Source: Corallochytrium limacisporum Hawaii
Taxonomy: Eukaryota; Protista; Pluriformea
Length of the DNA stretch: 64,000 nucleotides
Reading direction: 5' to 3'
Assembly (NCBI GenBank): GCA_002811645.1
Contig: PDIP01000017.1
Location: 62,001 to 126,000 of the forward strand
The notes beneath the pieces are model-generated. The model searched no databases. It saw only the letters and a list, made by a program, of their open reading frames with translations, and was not told the DNA's origin. The position numbers and the translations under genes are program-made. Below are positions 1 through 10,485 of this stretch, piece by piece; position 1 is the stretch's first letter; every line of letters starts with the position of its first letter.

Positions 1-103
1 CCACGACCACCCCGGTAGGTAGATATCTCTGGCAACGCTCGCAACGCTTCTTGCACGACCGGCCCGGTTAAGTTTTCTACTGCACCTGTCATGTGGGGTG
101 GAA

Positions 104-113
104 GGGCGCGAAA
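104..113. promoter_or_regulatory. E2F consensus site (GGGCGCGAAA = TTTCGCGCCC)
   Basis: Exact TTTSSCGC match in intergenic DNA upstream of the RNR gene; no CHR at the 4-nt spacing. Confidence 0.4.
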
Positions 114-389
114 TACTCTCACTCTCGCACACTGCACACACCCCAGGCCGGTGCCCTGCAGCCTCCCCCTCCCCCAGTTCTTTCCGGGGCCTCACTCAGA
201 TGAATCTCTTTGTTTCATGGCCCCTCCCAAACCGGCTGGGCCCAACGGACGGCGGAGAGGGTGGGTTGGCCCCAATCTTCAAATGCACCCGTACACTCAC
301 TACCACACAGGTCCCCCTGCCTGTGATCACCTCCCTCGGGGCCTGGCAGATGGTGAGTGCTCATTCAGCAAATAGCTCATGATACGTTA

Positions 390-408
390 TTGGCGCGTAG
401 AGCTTGAA
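390..408 (+). promoter_or_regulatory. E2F/CDE-CHR bipartite (DREAM-type) element upstream of RNR
   Basis: TTG-GCGCGT-AGAG-CTTGAA: E2F core, 4-nt spacer, CHR variant CTTGAA. A further TTTGAA lies at 550-555. Confidence 0.6.
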
Positions 409-721
409 ACATACCCACTCAGCCGTGGGCGCAGCTCAAACTGGGCGCGACTGGAGCTGCGGTCTCCAGCCGCTGTGATTGTGCGCGCGCGATTTCGCAA
501 TTAAAGGCGAAGCCCTTAGTTGTCGTGCGAAAACGTCAACAAGCAGTCATTTGAACACTATATCAGTGTCGACTAATTCACAGACTACAAAGGTACAAAG
601 AATCTGCTACCAAATGTTAATATCAGGCACAACGCCAAAAAGTTGTAAAGTGAATAACAGTGTTTACAGGGAAGTGTCCATATGCAGGGTATGCCCACGG
701 ATAGTGGGACGTGATCCTCAT

Positions 722-2980
722 ATGTTTACGACATTTAGATCGGGCCATAGGTCACTGTGGCAGCGGACTGGAGTCTCGCAACAAAAGACACAGATCTCAA
801 CGGTCTCAAAGTCGCTTCGGGCGGCAGCAGCAGCGTTGGAAACATACTCCGAAACAGACAGCCAGAACCGCCGACCAGTTAAACGGCCGAAGAATATGGT
901 CAATTATGAAGTACTCCCACATGCCACCAACATGTACGACGCTGGAACAGACTATCGCAATGGTCACTTTGCTGACTTCAGCCGATATGTCGATATCAAG
1001 TTCAAACTAGATCAGAATTTCATCAATAGTTACAAGACCCGGGTCCCCCCCTTCGGATTCAATGGCCTCGGAGAATTGGTATACAAGAGAACGTACAGCC
1101 GTCTTCTTGAAGATGGGTCGCATGAAGAATGGTACCAAACGGTGGCTCGAGTGGTAGAGGGAACATTCACCATACAGAAGCGACACCAGACAGCATTCCA
1201 ACTGGCTTGGAATGAGTCCGAAAGACAGAAACGGGCGCAGATGATGTTTGAACGCATCTACGACATGAAGTTCCTGCCTCCTGGGCGAGGACTTTGGGCA
1301 ATGGGCACCAAACTCACAGAAGAACGGTTCCTGTATGCGGCTCTGAACAACTGCGCCTTTGTGAGCACGCAGGATATGCACAATCCTCAATTTGGACAGA
1401 AGGCCATGCCGTTCAAGTTTCTGATCGATATGAGCATGCTTGGAGTCGGTGTTGGCTTTGATTGCCGTGGTGCGGACGCTAGTCCCCATGATGGATCACA
1501 CATCAAAGTAACACAGCCACAAGGATTTCGCAAGGTTACCATTCCGGACAGCCGAGAGGGATGGGTTCAGTCTGTGGAAATGCTCCTGAACGCCTACTTT
1601 GAAGGTACTGAGGAGGTTGAATTCGACTACAGCCACATTCGTCCAGCTGGTGCTCCCATCCATGGCTTTGGGGGCACATGCGCCGGACCGGAAGCCGTAG
1701 AGAAATTGCACGGTGCCATCCGGGAGACCCTGCAACCTCTAGTCGGCAAGAACATTACCACAACCGCAATCGTGGATCTTATGAACTTTATCGGTCGGTG
1801 TGCCGTCAGTGGCAATGCCCGTCAGACCGCAGAGATTGCCTTTGGAGACCACAATAGCCAGGAATATCTGGACCTGAAAAACTACGAGGCAAATCCACAG
1901 AGGATGGAATACGGATGGGTGTCCAACAACAGTATCTTCTGTGAGGCGGGAATGGACTACGGTCCAGCTGCAGAACGTGTGGCTCTGAATGGTGAGCCTG
2001 GATTTGCATGGCTGGATAACATGCGCCACTACGGACGTATGAAGGACGGCCGGCAGGAAGGTATTGATGGCCGCTCAATGGGAGGTAATCCGTGTTTGGA
2101 ACAGACTTTGGAGAGCTATGAACTCTGCTGTCTGGTAGAGACTTTCCCGAACAAGCACGAAAGTCTTGAAGATTATATGCAGTCTGTGCAACTGGCCTAC
2201 GAGTACGCGAAGACAGTGACTCTAACACCAACCCACTGTGCGCCCACTAATGAAATCATTGCGCGCAATCGTCGTATTGGCACCAGCATGTCTGGCCTCG
2301 CTCAATTTATCGAGAAGCGTGGTCTGAACACGCTCGCAGAATGGTGTGAAGACACTTTCCAGATGATCAAAGGCCTGGACAAGGAATTGGCGGATCGCTT
2401 CCGAGTGACCCCGTCCATCAAGACCACCAGCATCAAACCCAGTGGTACTGTGAGCCTCTTGGCTGGGGCTACTCCGGGTATGCATTACCCCGAGTCCAGG
2501 TATTGCATCCGTCGCATCCGCATGAACAAACAGTCTGGTATGCTCCTTCCTCTGCGGGATGCTGGATACCACATCGAGGACGATGTCAGCAATCAGAATA
2601 ATGTAGTTGTGTCTTTCCCCATCGACTACGGTGAAGGATTGCGCTCTCTGGACACGATCAGCATGTGGGAGCAACTTGAATTGGCCGCCTTCTTGCAGCA
2701 CCACTGGGCCGACAATCAGGTCAGCTGCACGGTCACCTTCGACCCGAAGACTGAGGCTCAGAGCTTGAAGCATGCATTGACGTACTACCAGTACCGTCTG
2801 AAGGGCATTTCTTTCCTGCCTCATCTTGAAGATGGCGCGTACCCTCAGATGCCGATCGAGAAAGTCACAGCAGAGGAGTACCATGCACTGCAGAGCAAAC
2901 TCACAATGCCGCGCCTTAATGAGGCCGTCAATGACGACACGAAGATCGAGCGTTTCTGCGATAGCAACGTGTGCCAATGA
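722..2980 (+). CDS. nrdJ: Class II (adenosylcobalamin-dependent) ribonucleotide reductase, monomeric RTPR type
   Basis: Motifs RTYSR, FLPPGRGLW, LNNCAF, NPCLEQ (thiyl-radical Cys) ...ELCCL, TSIKPSGTVS, WADNQVSCT and C-terminal redox pair CDSNVC. Start uncertain: in-frame ATGs at 614, 722 and 896. Confidence 0.95.
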   Translation: MFTTFRSGHRSLWQRTGVSQQKTQISTVSKSLRAAAAALETYSETDSQNRRPVKRPKNMVNYEVLPHATNMYDAGTDYRNGHFADFSRYVDIKFKLDQNFINSYKTRVPPFGFNGLGELVYKRTYSRLLEDGSHEEWYQTVARVVEGTFTIQKRHQTAFQLAWNESERQKRAQMMFERIYDMKFLPPGRGLWAMGTKLTEERFLYAALNNCAFVSTQDMHNPQFGQKAMPFKFLIDMSMLGVGVGFDCRGADASPHDGSHIKVTQPQGFRKVTIPDSREGWVQSVEMLLNAYFEGTEEVEFDYSHIRPAGAPIHGFGGTCAGPEAVEKLHGAIRETLQPLVGKNITTTAIVDLMNFIGRCAVSGNARQTAEIAFGDHNSQEYLDLKNYEANPQRMEYGWVSNNSIFCEAGMDYGPAAERVALNGEPGFAWLDNMRHYGRMKDGRQEGIDGRSMGGNPCLEQTLESYELCCLVETFPNKHESLEDYMQSVQLAYEYAKTVTLTPTHCAPTNEIIARNRRIGTSMSGLAQFIEKRGLNTLAEWCEDTFQMIKGLDKELADRFRVTPSIKTTSIKPSGTVSLLAGATPGMHYPESRYCIRRIRMNKQSGMLLPLRDAGYHIEDDVSNQNNVVVSFPIDYGEGLRSLDTISMWEQLELAAFLQHHWADNQVSCTVTFDPKTEAQSLKHALTYYQYRLKGISFLPHLEDGAYPQMPIEKVTAEEYHALQSKLTMPRLNEAVNDDTKIERFCDSNVCQ

Positions 2981-3722
2981 ATAGGAGAGTCCTCACTTGC
3001 GTGAAGACAAAGTCTTTCCTAATAAAATCAAACACTGCTTGCCGGCTCTGGTAGTCGCAAATATGAACAGCGGCATAATCGAATTGATCTGTTTTCCTCT
3101 CCCGAGAGCGGGTTCGTCCCTTTTCGCACATATACTTATTGATTGATGATCAGTAGACCAAGAAGAACCAATGCCTACCCCCCGGGTAGGGGGAGGGGAA
3201 TTGCACCAAGCTTCCGTGCCAAGCACCCCTTTACCACCCTCGTGAATGAAAAAGAGGTTGAAACCATCGAGGGCCAAGAAAAATCAACCGCCCTACTGGG
3301 AGGAACACACATTCCTTCCGCGCAACAAACGAAAAACGGGTATACTTTTTCTGCCCTGTCCTTTCGCGCAGCTGTGGCTGTTGAGCCCGAGCGGCCCACC
3401 ACACGGCACACACAGGAGGGCATCAGCGTACTGCAAGGCGGGTGGTGCTACGCGCGGTGGTCGACCTTTGGGTGCTTGGAAAGACGGGCGGACGTTGGTG
3501 CCTGGCAGTTGCGTCGTTGGCAACAAGAGATGGCTTCCGGGACACTGACGAGCGTGTTTTTTGTGGTTTCAATGGACACGCATTAAATTTAGTATTTTCG
3601 TATCAGTCTTTCATTGCATATTAGGTATTTCGAGGTTGGTGTCACGTATGGCACAGTGCCCTTGAGACTATCCGAAATCACACCTTTGGTCACAAATTTT
3701 GGTTTTTGAATCACCATTCATA

Positions 3723-4178
3723 ATGCCGAAGAACAAGGGAAAGGGTGGCAAGAACCGCCGCAGGGGAAAGAACGAGAACGATGCTGAGAAGCGTGAGTTG
3801 GTCTTCAAGGAAGACGGTCAGGAATACGCTCAGGTTCTGAAGATGTTGGGAAATGGACGATTGGAAGCCTACTGCTTTGATGGTGAGAAACGTCTATGTC
3901 ATATCCGTGGTAAACTGCGCAAGAAAGTTTGGATCAATCAGGGAGATATCATTCTGGTCGGTCTACGTGACTTCCAAGATGAGAAGGCCGATGTTATCCT
4001 GAAGTACAACGCTGACGAAGCCCGCAACCTGAAATCCTACGGAGAATTGCCTGCTAACGCCAAGATTAACGAAACTGATCTTATCGGAGAAGATGACGCT
4101 GACCAAGAGGTCGTTTTCGATTATGATGCTGACGACGCTGTATCTGATGAAGAAGACATCGAGTTCGACGACATCTAA
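3723..4178 (+). CDS. EIF1A: Translation initiation factor eIF1A
   Basis: [44 protein letters not shown] and acidic tail ending DDI. Confidence 0.99.
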   Translation: MPKNKGKGGKNRRRGKNENDAEKRELVFKEDGQEYAQVLKMLGNGRLEAYCFDGEKRLCHIRGKLRKKVWINQGDIILVGLRDFQDEKADVILKYNADEARNLKSYGELPANAKINETDLIGEDDADQEVVFDYDADDAVSDEEDIEFDDI

Positions 4179-4834
4179 ACGAATCAGTATCAGAAACATT
4201 CAAATCAGACACACTAACACTTGCAGTAGCGTGTTTACCACTTTCGTGCATCATGTATCATTCATCTACACACATTGTTGCCATTCTTGGAATCGGGAAA
4301 TGCTGAAAGAGACGCGATGCAAATGTTTTTGCATGGCGGACACGCTCTGAAGCCAAGGATAAACCAACGCAGACAAACGTTCGAGTGTGATTTGTTAGCA
4401 AGCTCCAGCGTAGTGAAATACATCATTTTTCTGTCATCTCTAACGCCATTTTTGGGAACTCGATAGGTTTCCTTTCTTCCCGGTCAAGAGCCACTCTGAT
4501 CTTGGAGAGTCACGGTACAGTTCGCACGATAACCTTGCCAATGTGAAGACCGATCTGCCTGCCCCGGCGCCTAAGACGACCTGACATATCGCACAAACAC
4601 ACCTCCTCTCCCCCCCCCTTTTCCTTTCCTCGGTTGAATCTTCTCTCTGTGACGCACGCGAATGGGTACTTTGGCGATAGTAAGCCAAGCAGGACGAAAG
4701 TGCTATAAAAAGAATAAACTTGGCAGTCCAGTGGCCAACCAAGTAAGCACTTGACATTGACCAAACTAAATTGACATGAACTTGTGCATACATGGTTGCG
4801 GGAAAATATGATGTATTTGGAGGATCCATGAGAC

Positions 4835-5797
4835 ATGATCAGAAGTATTCGCAACCAGGCGGTGCCACGAAGTGGCCCCTATCGGGTTGCGGTGGCCACC
4901 GTACCAGCATATCGTGCCTATGTTACGGGTAAGGAGCACCAGAACATATCACCAGCACAGTACTGCCAGGATACAGTTCGTAAATTTGATTCCGACCACT
5001 TCCTGACTGGTCTCTTCGTACGAAAGTCTCTGAGGGCACACTACTATACACTGCGAGCACTCAACATTGCTACTGCGCAAGTTGCAGACTCGGTTTCTGA
5101 TCCGAAACTGGGTGCTATGCGTTTGCAATTTTGGCGCGATACAATTAATCAGGTCGCCAAGCAGGGTACTGCACCTGGACAACCAGTGGCACAGGCCCTG
5201 CTGGGGCTGGCTAAGGACAGTGGAGGGAAACTGCCGGTGCGGTGGCTTTTGCGCGTCATTGACGAAAGGGCAAAACGGATATCAGATCGTCCATTTACGA
5301 GCTTACAGGATGTGGAAGACTATGGTGAGCAGGTACAAGCTAGTCTGCTATACGCCAGCCTAGAGATGGCCGGAGTGCGGGACGTACACAGCGATCATGC
5401 GGCCAGCCATTTGGGCAAGTGCATTGCCCTAGTTAATCTGATTCGTGGCGTACTACCCATGCTCGAGCACAAGCGCAAGTGTCTCTTACCGATCGAGCTG
5501 ATGGCCAAGCACAAGGTTACTACAGAGGGGCTCGTGCGCGGTGATGGCCTGGAGGGCCTGACGGAAGTTATCTTCGATGCTGCAAGCGAAGCCCACATTC
5601 ATCTGCAGACTGCTCGCTCTTTCGCGGATCACGTCAATCCTGCCGCGGCTCAGTTCCTACGCAGCGCCGTGGCCATGGACAAGTTCCTGACCGATCTTCA
5701 GAAGAATCATTTTAACGTGATGGACCCCGATCTTACGGCCCGGTCCTTTTTGCTTCCGTTCCAGTTCCATTGGGCTCACTTCCGCTCGCGATACTGA
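4835..5797 (+). CDS. NDUFAF6: Complex I assembly factor 6 (squalene/phytoene synthase-like fold)
   Basis: YCQDTVRKFD, LRALN, MRLQFWRD, DHAASHLGK, ASEAHIHLQTAR; basic presequence-like N-terminus. Confidence 0.9.
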   Translation: MIRSIRNQAVPRSGPYRVAVATVPAYRAYVTGKEHQNISPAQYCQDTVRKFDSDHFLTGLFVRKSLRAHYYTLRALNIATAQVADSVSDPKLGAMRLQFWRDTINQVAKQGTAPGQPVAQALLGLAKDSGGKLPVRWLLRVIDERAKRISDRPFTSLQDVEDYGEQVQASLLYASLEMAGVRDVHSDHAASHLGKCIALVNLIRGVLPMLEHKRKCLLPIELMAKHKVTTEGLVRGDGLEGLTEVIFDAASEAHIHLQTARSFADHVNPAAAQFLRSAVAMDKFLTDLQKNHFNVMDPDLTARSFLLPFQFHWAHFRSRY

Positions 5798-6406
5798 CGC
5801 TCCACGGCACCCGCGGCCGCCTGAAAATACACACACATCATTTCACACACAAATGAAAATGCACTTCCCCTCCCATTTTTCTTGTATGTTTACTAGATTT
5901 TCTCTATTTTGGTCAGTTTTCTCCGAAATGGCCTGCCCTCTCATTGATACTGAAAGTACCCAAATCTCCACAGGAGAAGTGTTTCAGTACTTAATAGACT
6001 ATGTCTGTACATTCGCTATACGTTTATTTGGGGACTGGAATGGGAAGGCACAGTACGGAAAGCAATGCGACCAAGACTAGACGAATGGGATTGGCATAGT
6101 GAAAGAATTGGCACTCCATCAGCGCGCATACAGAGGCTTCTGGCGGAGCCCGCTTGAATCGGTGCAGGGGTGAGGGTACTGGTCCTCATGCTATGGGGAC
6201 AGTGTACAGTGAACGCAAGTACTATTGAAAATTGAATACTACTGGCCTATGCTATCTTCCCAGGTGCTAACTAATGCAGGAGCTGTGTTTCTAAAAGTTT
6301 TACAGTCAAATAGAGCTATTTGAATGAGGCGTTTATAGAACAATTGTTCTTTGTTGACAAAGCAGATTACGGATCAAACTTTATTTCGGTTTGGGACATA
6401 GGCAAC

Positions 6407-6781
6407 ATGCAGATCTTCATTCGTTCCGAGAACAATAAGGCCGTCGAGGTCGTCGAGGAGTCTCTGGTGAGCTCTCTCCCGATCGATCACGAGTCCATGT
6501 ACGTTGTGAGCAACGGTCGCGTCCTGGAGGGAGAGCAGACCGTCGGTGAATGCGTCGAGGAGGGTGCCACTCTCGATGTCATGATGCGCCTGCGGGGTGG
6601 TAAGGTCCACGGTTCTCTGGCTCGTGCCGGTAAGGTCAAGGGTCAGACCCCCAAGGTCGACAAGATGGAAGACAAGAAGAAGAAGAAGACTGGTCGTGCT
6701 AAGCGTCGTGAGGCCTACAACCGCCGCTTTGTCAACGTCGTGTTGGTCGGTGGCAAGCGCCGTGGCCCCAACGCTCAGTAA
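6407..6781 (+). CDS. FAU: Ubiquitin-like FUBI-ribosomal protein eS30 fusion
   Basis: MQIFIR...LRGG followed by [19 protein letters not shown]...RRFVNV; strong codon bias. Confidence 0.98.
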   Translation: MQIFIRSENNKAVEVVEESLVSSLPIDHESMYVVSNGRVLEGEQTVGECVEEGATLDVMMRLRGGKVHGSLARAGKVKGQTPKVDKMEDKKKKKTGRAKRREAYNRRFVNVVLVGGKRRGPNAQ

Positions 6782-7074
6782 GGGAAATATCGGGACCATA
6801 TAACCATAACAAACCTTACTTTTGTTTCCATTTAGCATAACACAACAGTCTTTCGCATCCGGGCATAAAACAGCAAATAGTTTCCATGTCGGGTTCTGTA
6901 ATTGTGTTCTATTGGGGGTTCAGGGGCTATTTATACAGTGCCTCTTGCGTCTGAGGAATACTAGTCTCAGTATCTGAATAGTTCACGCACAAACAAGCAT
7001 ATTTCTTTCATGGCATAATATTAAATCAAATTCCACCCTTTTCTTACAAGGCACCGCTTTAAAAAGTTGTGTAG

Positions 7075-8748
7075 TTACTTGTCCATGACATCGAACATGT
7101 AGTCATCATCATCTACTACATTCTTGATGAGAACATGAGGTTTGATGACATCTCCATCATAGAGAATTTTGAGCTTCTTAGCATTCTTCTTGATATACTT
7201 TGCGAAAGCTTCCAGCGCTTTCCGGATTGGATCCTCAGGGCTCACGCTGAAGTCTTTTGTGTCCGATTCATGCCTTAACGTGACGACGATCCGGTTGTAA
7301 CCTTCCGCAGCGGATGCATCGTTATGGGCTTCCTGTGTGGCGAGGGCTTCAATGTCGTCGACACCTGGGACATACCTGAGGTTGAAGATTGCAGACTGAA
7401 GATCAAAGAGACGGTGATTGGAGTTGACTACTTCACCGTACCCGTCGAGCAACTCTATGTCCTGGGGCCGCACCTTGTACACTTCAGCGCAGTGTGCAAT
7501 GACTTCACTGATCAATGCGCTTCCAGAGAATTCGACCGTTATTTCGCTGAAGCCAGTCTCCGTAGGAAGAACCATGACCCGTTTCATTAATGCACCCTGC
7601 TCATCCAGGTCGTTATCTCCATCGCTCTGCGATGCTCCTATTTCCACGATCTCATGGACATTGTCATCAACGATTTCGACATCAGTGCGCCGACGCTTCC
7701 CTGTGTCTTGGGACCTCGTATGCTCCTCCTCGACTTCCCTCTCCCGCAGTAGTTTGGCGCCTTTTGCAGTGTGATACTCCAACCCAGTATGTGGCTCGAA
7801 TAGAATCACATTCTTGGGGATGATGAAATGCTCAGCATCAGGGTCTGTCACGGTCCAATTACTGGGCCCATTGTCTCCCATTGCGAAGGCCATCTCATCC
7901 GACTCTGTGCTCATATCCAAGCGACGTGGTGTTCGTGATGCGCTCCCAGTCATCGGACTTCGCTTGTATGATCTGTGCGGGGAGCGGATATCCTTAGGTG
8001 GCGTCACATCGAAATTGATGTTCACTTTCTTGAATCCAAACACATCGTCGTCACTGCTACAGTATGAGTCAGAGTCACATTCTTCATGGCCAACTCTTCC
8101 TTCCTTTTGCTTCTCTCGGGCCTCTGTTTCAGCATCAGCTGACTCTTCGGCATATGTACTCTCGAAGGGAGCCATTTTCAGTTCGCTATTCATGGACTCT
8201 TGACTTCTTCCCGTAGTATCTAGGTGATGCAGGCATGCATCGGGTTCTGCATGCTGAGAGGAGGTGCTTTCACTTTCATCGGATGATGATAGCAGATTGA
8301 TAACCTCAATATTAGCAGACCCGGGACTAACCGCACGATGGCTGTTTGAGGGGCTAGCACCAACAAATTCACCCTCGTCGTGACCACCTGTGGCATTTGT
8401 GGTCATGGTAGACTCTCTGTTGCGGAAGTTTTTTCTCTGCCTATCCATACTCACGCTTCTCGCTACGGATCCGTTCTTCATGCCCGGTCGTACACCCAAT
8501 GCAGCTCTTCTTGCAGCTCCTCGCCCTCTGCCTCTCCCACTGGCTGCCTCTCTAATGGCTGAAGCCCTGTTCCGTACTGATTTCTTGGGCTCATCTGTGG
8601 AACTCGCACTCGTAACTCGCTCAATGCGATCGGGAGAACTCAGCGCGACCGCAGAGCTTTCTGACATCTCTGGCTCTGAATTTTCCTTGTCTATCTCTCT
8701 TGATTCAGGTGTGCCAGCCACCAGATTCCATAGCATAGACAGGACCAT
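7075..8748 (-). CDS. Rad60/Esc2/NIP45 (RENi)-like protein with C-terminal SUMO-like domains
   Basis: Disordered acidic N-half with SIM-like motifs (IEVINLLSSSDE, VEIVDD). Two C-terminal ubiquitin-fold-like segments, the last with KLKILYDGDVI, and no terminal GG. Confidence 0.65.
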   Translation of the reverse strand: MVLSMLWNLVAGTPESREIDKENSEPEMSESSAVALSSPDRIERVTSASSTDEPKKSVRNRASAIREAASGRGRGRGAARRAALGVRPGMKNGSVARSVSMDRQRKNFRNRESTMTTNATGGHDEGEFVGASPSNSHRAVSPGSANIEVINLLSSSDESESTSSQHAEPDACLHHLDTTGRSQESMNSELKMAPFESTYAEESADAETEAREKQKEGRVGHEECDSDSYCSSDDDVFGFKKVNINFDVTPPKDIRSPHRSYKRSPMTGSASRTPRRLDMSTESDEMAFAMGDNGPSNWTVTDPDAEHFIIPKNVILFEPHTGLEYHTAKGAKLLREREVEEEHTRSQDTGKRRRTDVEIVDDNVHEIVEIGASQSDGDNDLDEQGALMKRVMVLPTETGFSEITVEFSGSALISEVIAHCAEVYKVRPQDIELLDGYGEVVNSNHRLFDLQSAIFNLRYVPGVDDIEALATQEAHNDASAAEGYNRIVVTLRHESDTKDFSVSPEDPIRKALEAFAKYIKKNAKKLKILYDGDVIKPHVLIKNVVDDDDYMFDVMDK

Positions 8749-9171
8749 ACTGTTCGGTGTATGTATATGGACCGACGCAGCTTGTCGTCGTTGTCTACAT
8801 CTTCAATTTTTGGTCCGCGTCCGGATACGTTTCTTTGAGGGATGTTTTCACAAAAATAGATAACAATCTTCATTCTTCATATTCTCACAGAAGATTTAGA
8901 AATACCCAACCAATCACACAGGAAACTGTGCATCGCTCGGCCTATGGGTTTACTTGCGGACACAAACCACCGGTCATCCGAACGCAATCCGGCTGAAAAT
9001 GCCCCAGCCCCCTGCGGCCCCTCTTCCCCCTTCCCTTGGAGTGATTTGGCGGTTCTTTTTCAGGGTGGGGAGAGAGGGGTGGGAGCACGACGAAAATATT
9101 GATCGACTGGCTAATGAAGTGTTGGGGCGAGGCGATGGTCTAAAATACATAGCATATTCAATCACTAATGG

Positions 9172-10182
9172 TTATCGTCCAGGGAAACTGTCCTGTAAGG
9201 TGATCAGAATGTTCTCCACCTGGACGAGGAGAACATCAGGCGTCTGAACTTCAGAGTATGTACCCTCTGGGGTCCACATCATGTTGAAGCATGTTATGGC
9301 ATCGCCCAACACCTCTGACAGGGCTTCTGCCTCTTCAAGGACTTCATCTGTGAAGGCACCCTCCTCTTCAAAATCTCCTGCTGCAATCACGAGGTCGTCT
9401 ACTTGTTCGCTAAACTTCTCCATGGTCTTGGAGAGATAATCAATGTTTTGGACATCCTCAGGAGTAAGCTCACTCATTTTCTTCGAGGTCAGGTCCTTAC
9501 GGATCATAACACAAAGCGTCATCACGACTTTAACCATGTTAACAATGCCCTCGTGGATCTTCTCTTGGTGGGGATTCATGTTGGAATTTTCTCTATCGAA
9601 TCCAATGCTTCCATTCGGAAGGCGCACCATGAACGGCATGTCCGCCAGAGCATCCCGGACGAGAGGTTCGACCATTATAGCTTCTTTCGCTACGGCTTCA
9701 GCATTGTTGGTTGGAAGCTTCCCTGATGCCTCCTCCATCTGCCGCAACTTGAGAAGATTGTCCTGGATTCTGTCCGCACTGATCATAGGGGCACCGAGTC
9801 CTTCAGAGCAAACCTTCGCTGCTGCAAGGACATCGTCAACGAAGCGCATGATTTGCACCTTGAAGCGCTGGCCATGTCTGTCACTCAGTGCGTTTGCGAG
9901 AACGACTTGCTTTTCGATGGACTGCGATAGGCTTTGATAAGTCTCTCTGAGGAGTCGCTCGCTTGCTTCGTCACTCCACATAAGGCATAACTGGCTGGCA
10001 TACCTATGCAATTCAGCACTGACACTCCTGAGGTACTCTACTATCTTTTCTGGTGTTTCTAACCCTTTAACAAAGTCGCTTTCACCAACTCCTGTCTGTG
10101 ATTTCAAGTAGAGTTCGTAGGCCGCAATCTCCTTCTGAAATTGTTCATGGACTGCAATTTGCGCAGCCCTGTGATCTGCCAT
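9172..10182 (-). CDS. CCNDBP1: GCIP / cyclin D1-binding protein 1-like helical protein
   Basis: LPTNNAEAV, LVRDALADM and SEQVDDLV resemble the conserved GCIP blocks LP.DN.AA, VKDA.EEM and S..VDDL. Confidence 0.65.
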   Translation of the reverse strand: MADHRAAQIAVHEQFQKEIAAYELYLKSQTGVGESDFVKGLETPEKIVEYLRSVSAELHRYASQLCLMWSDEASERLLRETYQSLSQSIEKQVVLANALSDRHGQRFKVQIMRFVDDVLAAAKVCSEGLGAPMISADRIQDNLLKLRQMEEASGKLPTNNAEAVAKEAIMVEPLVRDALADMPFMVRLPNGSIGFDRENSNMNPHQEKIHEGIVNMVKVVMTLCVMIRKDLTSKKMSELTPEDVQNIDYLSKTMEKFSEQVDDLVIAAGDFEEEGAFTDEVLEEAEALSEVLGDAITCFNMMWTPEGTYSEVQTPDVLLVQVENILITLQDSFPGR

Positions 10183-10485
10183 AGTGTTGGGAAATTTCAG
10201 CGGTCACTGACACATTATTCCACTTATGACTATATTGGCCTCGGCTCAAACTATCTTTAGTTGACACAATGACATCCTATGAAAGGTTCTCTGAAGGACC
10301 CAAAATACCCAAAGTTTGCACATTATGGTGAGCCCACCCGACGTTGAGAGACTCGCCCAGCACATCCCCACCGCGTGAGGGGTGCACGGAAATATTATTG
10401 ATTATATTATTGATCAAAACGCGAAATGAGGAGTATATATTGATTTATACGATTTTCTGGTTGTATATATAGCAGTACAGTGCAA

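Noticed and set aside
1-720. Cobalamin riboswitch upstream of the B12-dependent RNR
   Set aside because: No recognisable B12-box or conserved core found by eye; an Infernal search would settle it.
2222-2977. Antisense ORFs overlapping real genes (this one and many similar)
   Set aside because: Shadow frames produced by codon bias on the opposite strand.
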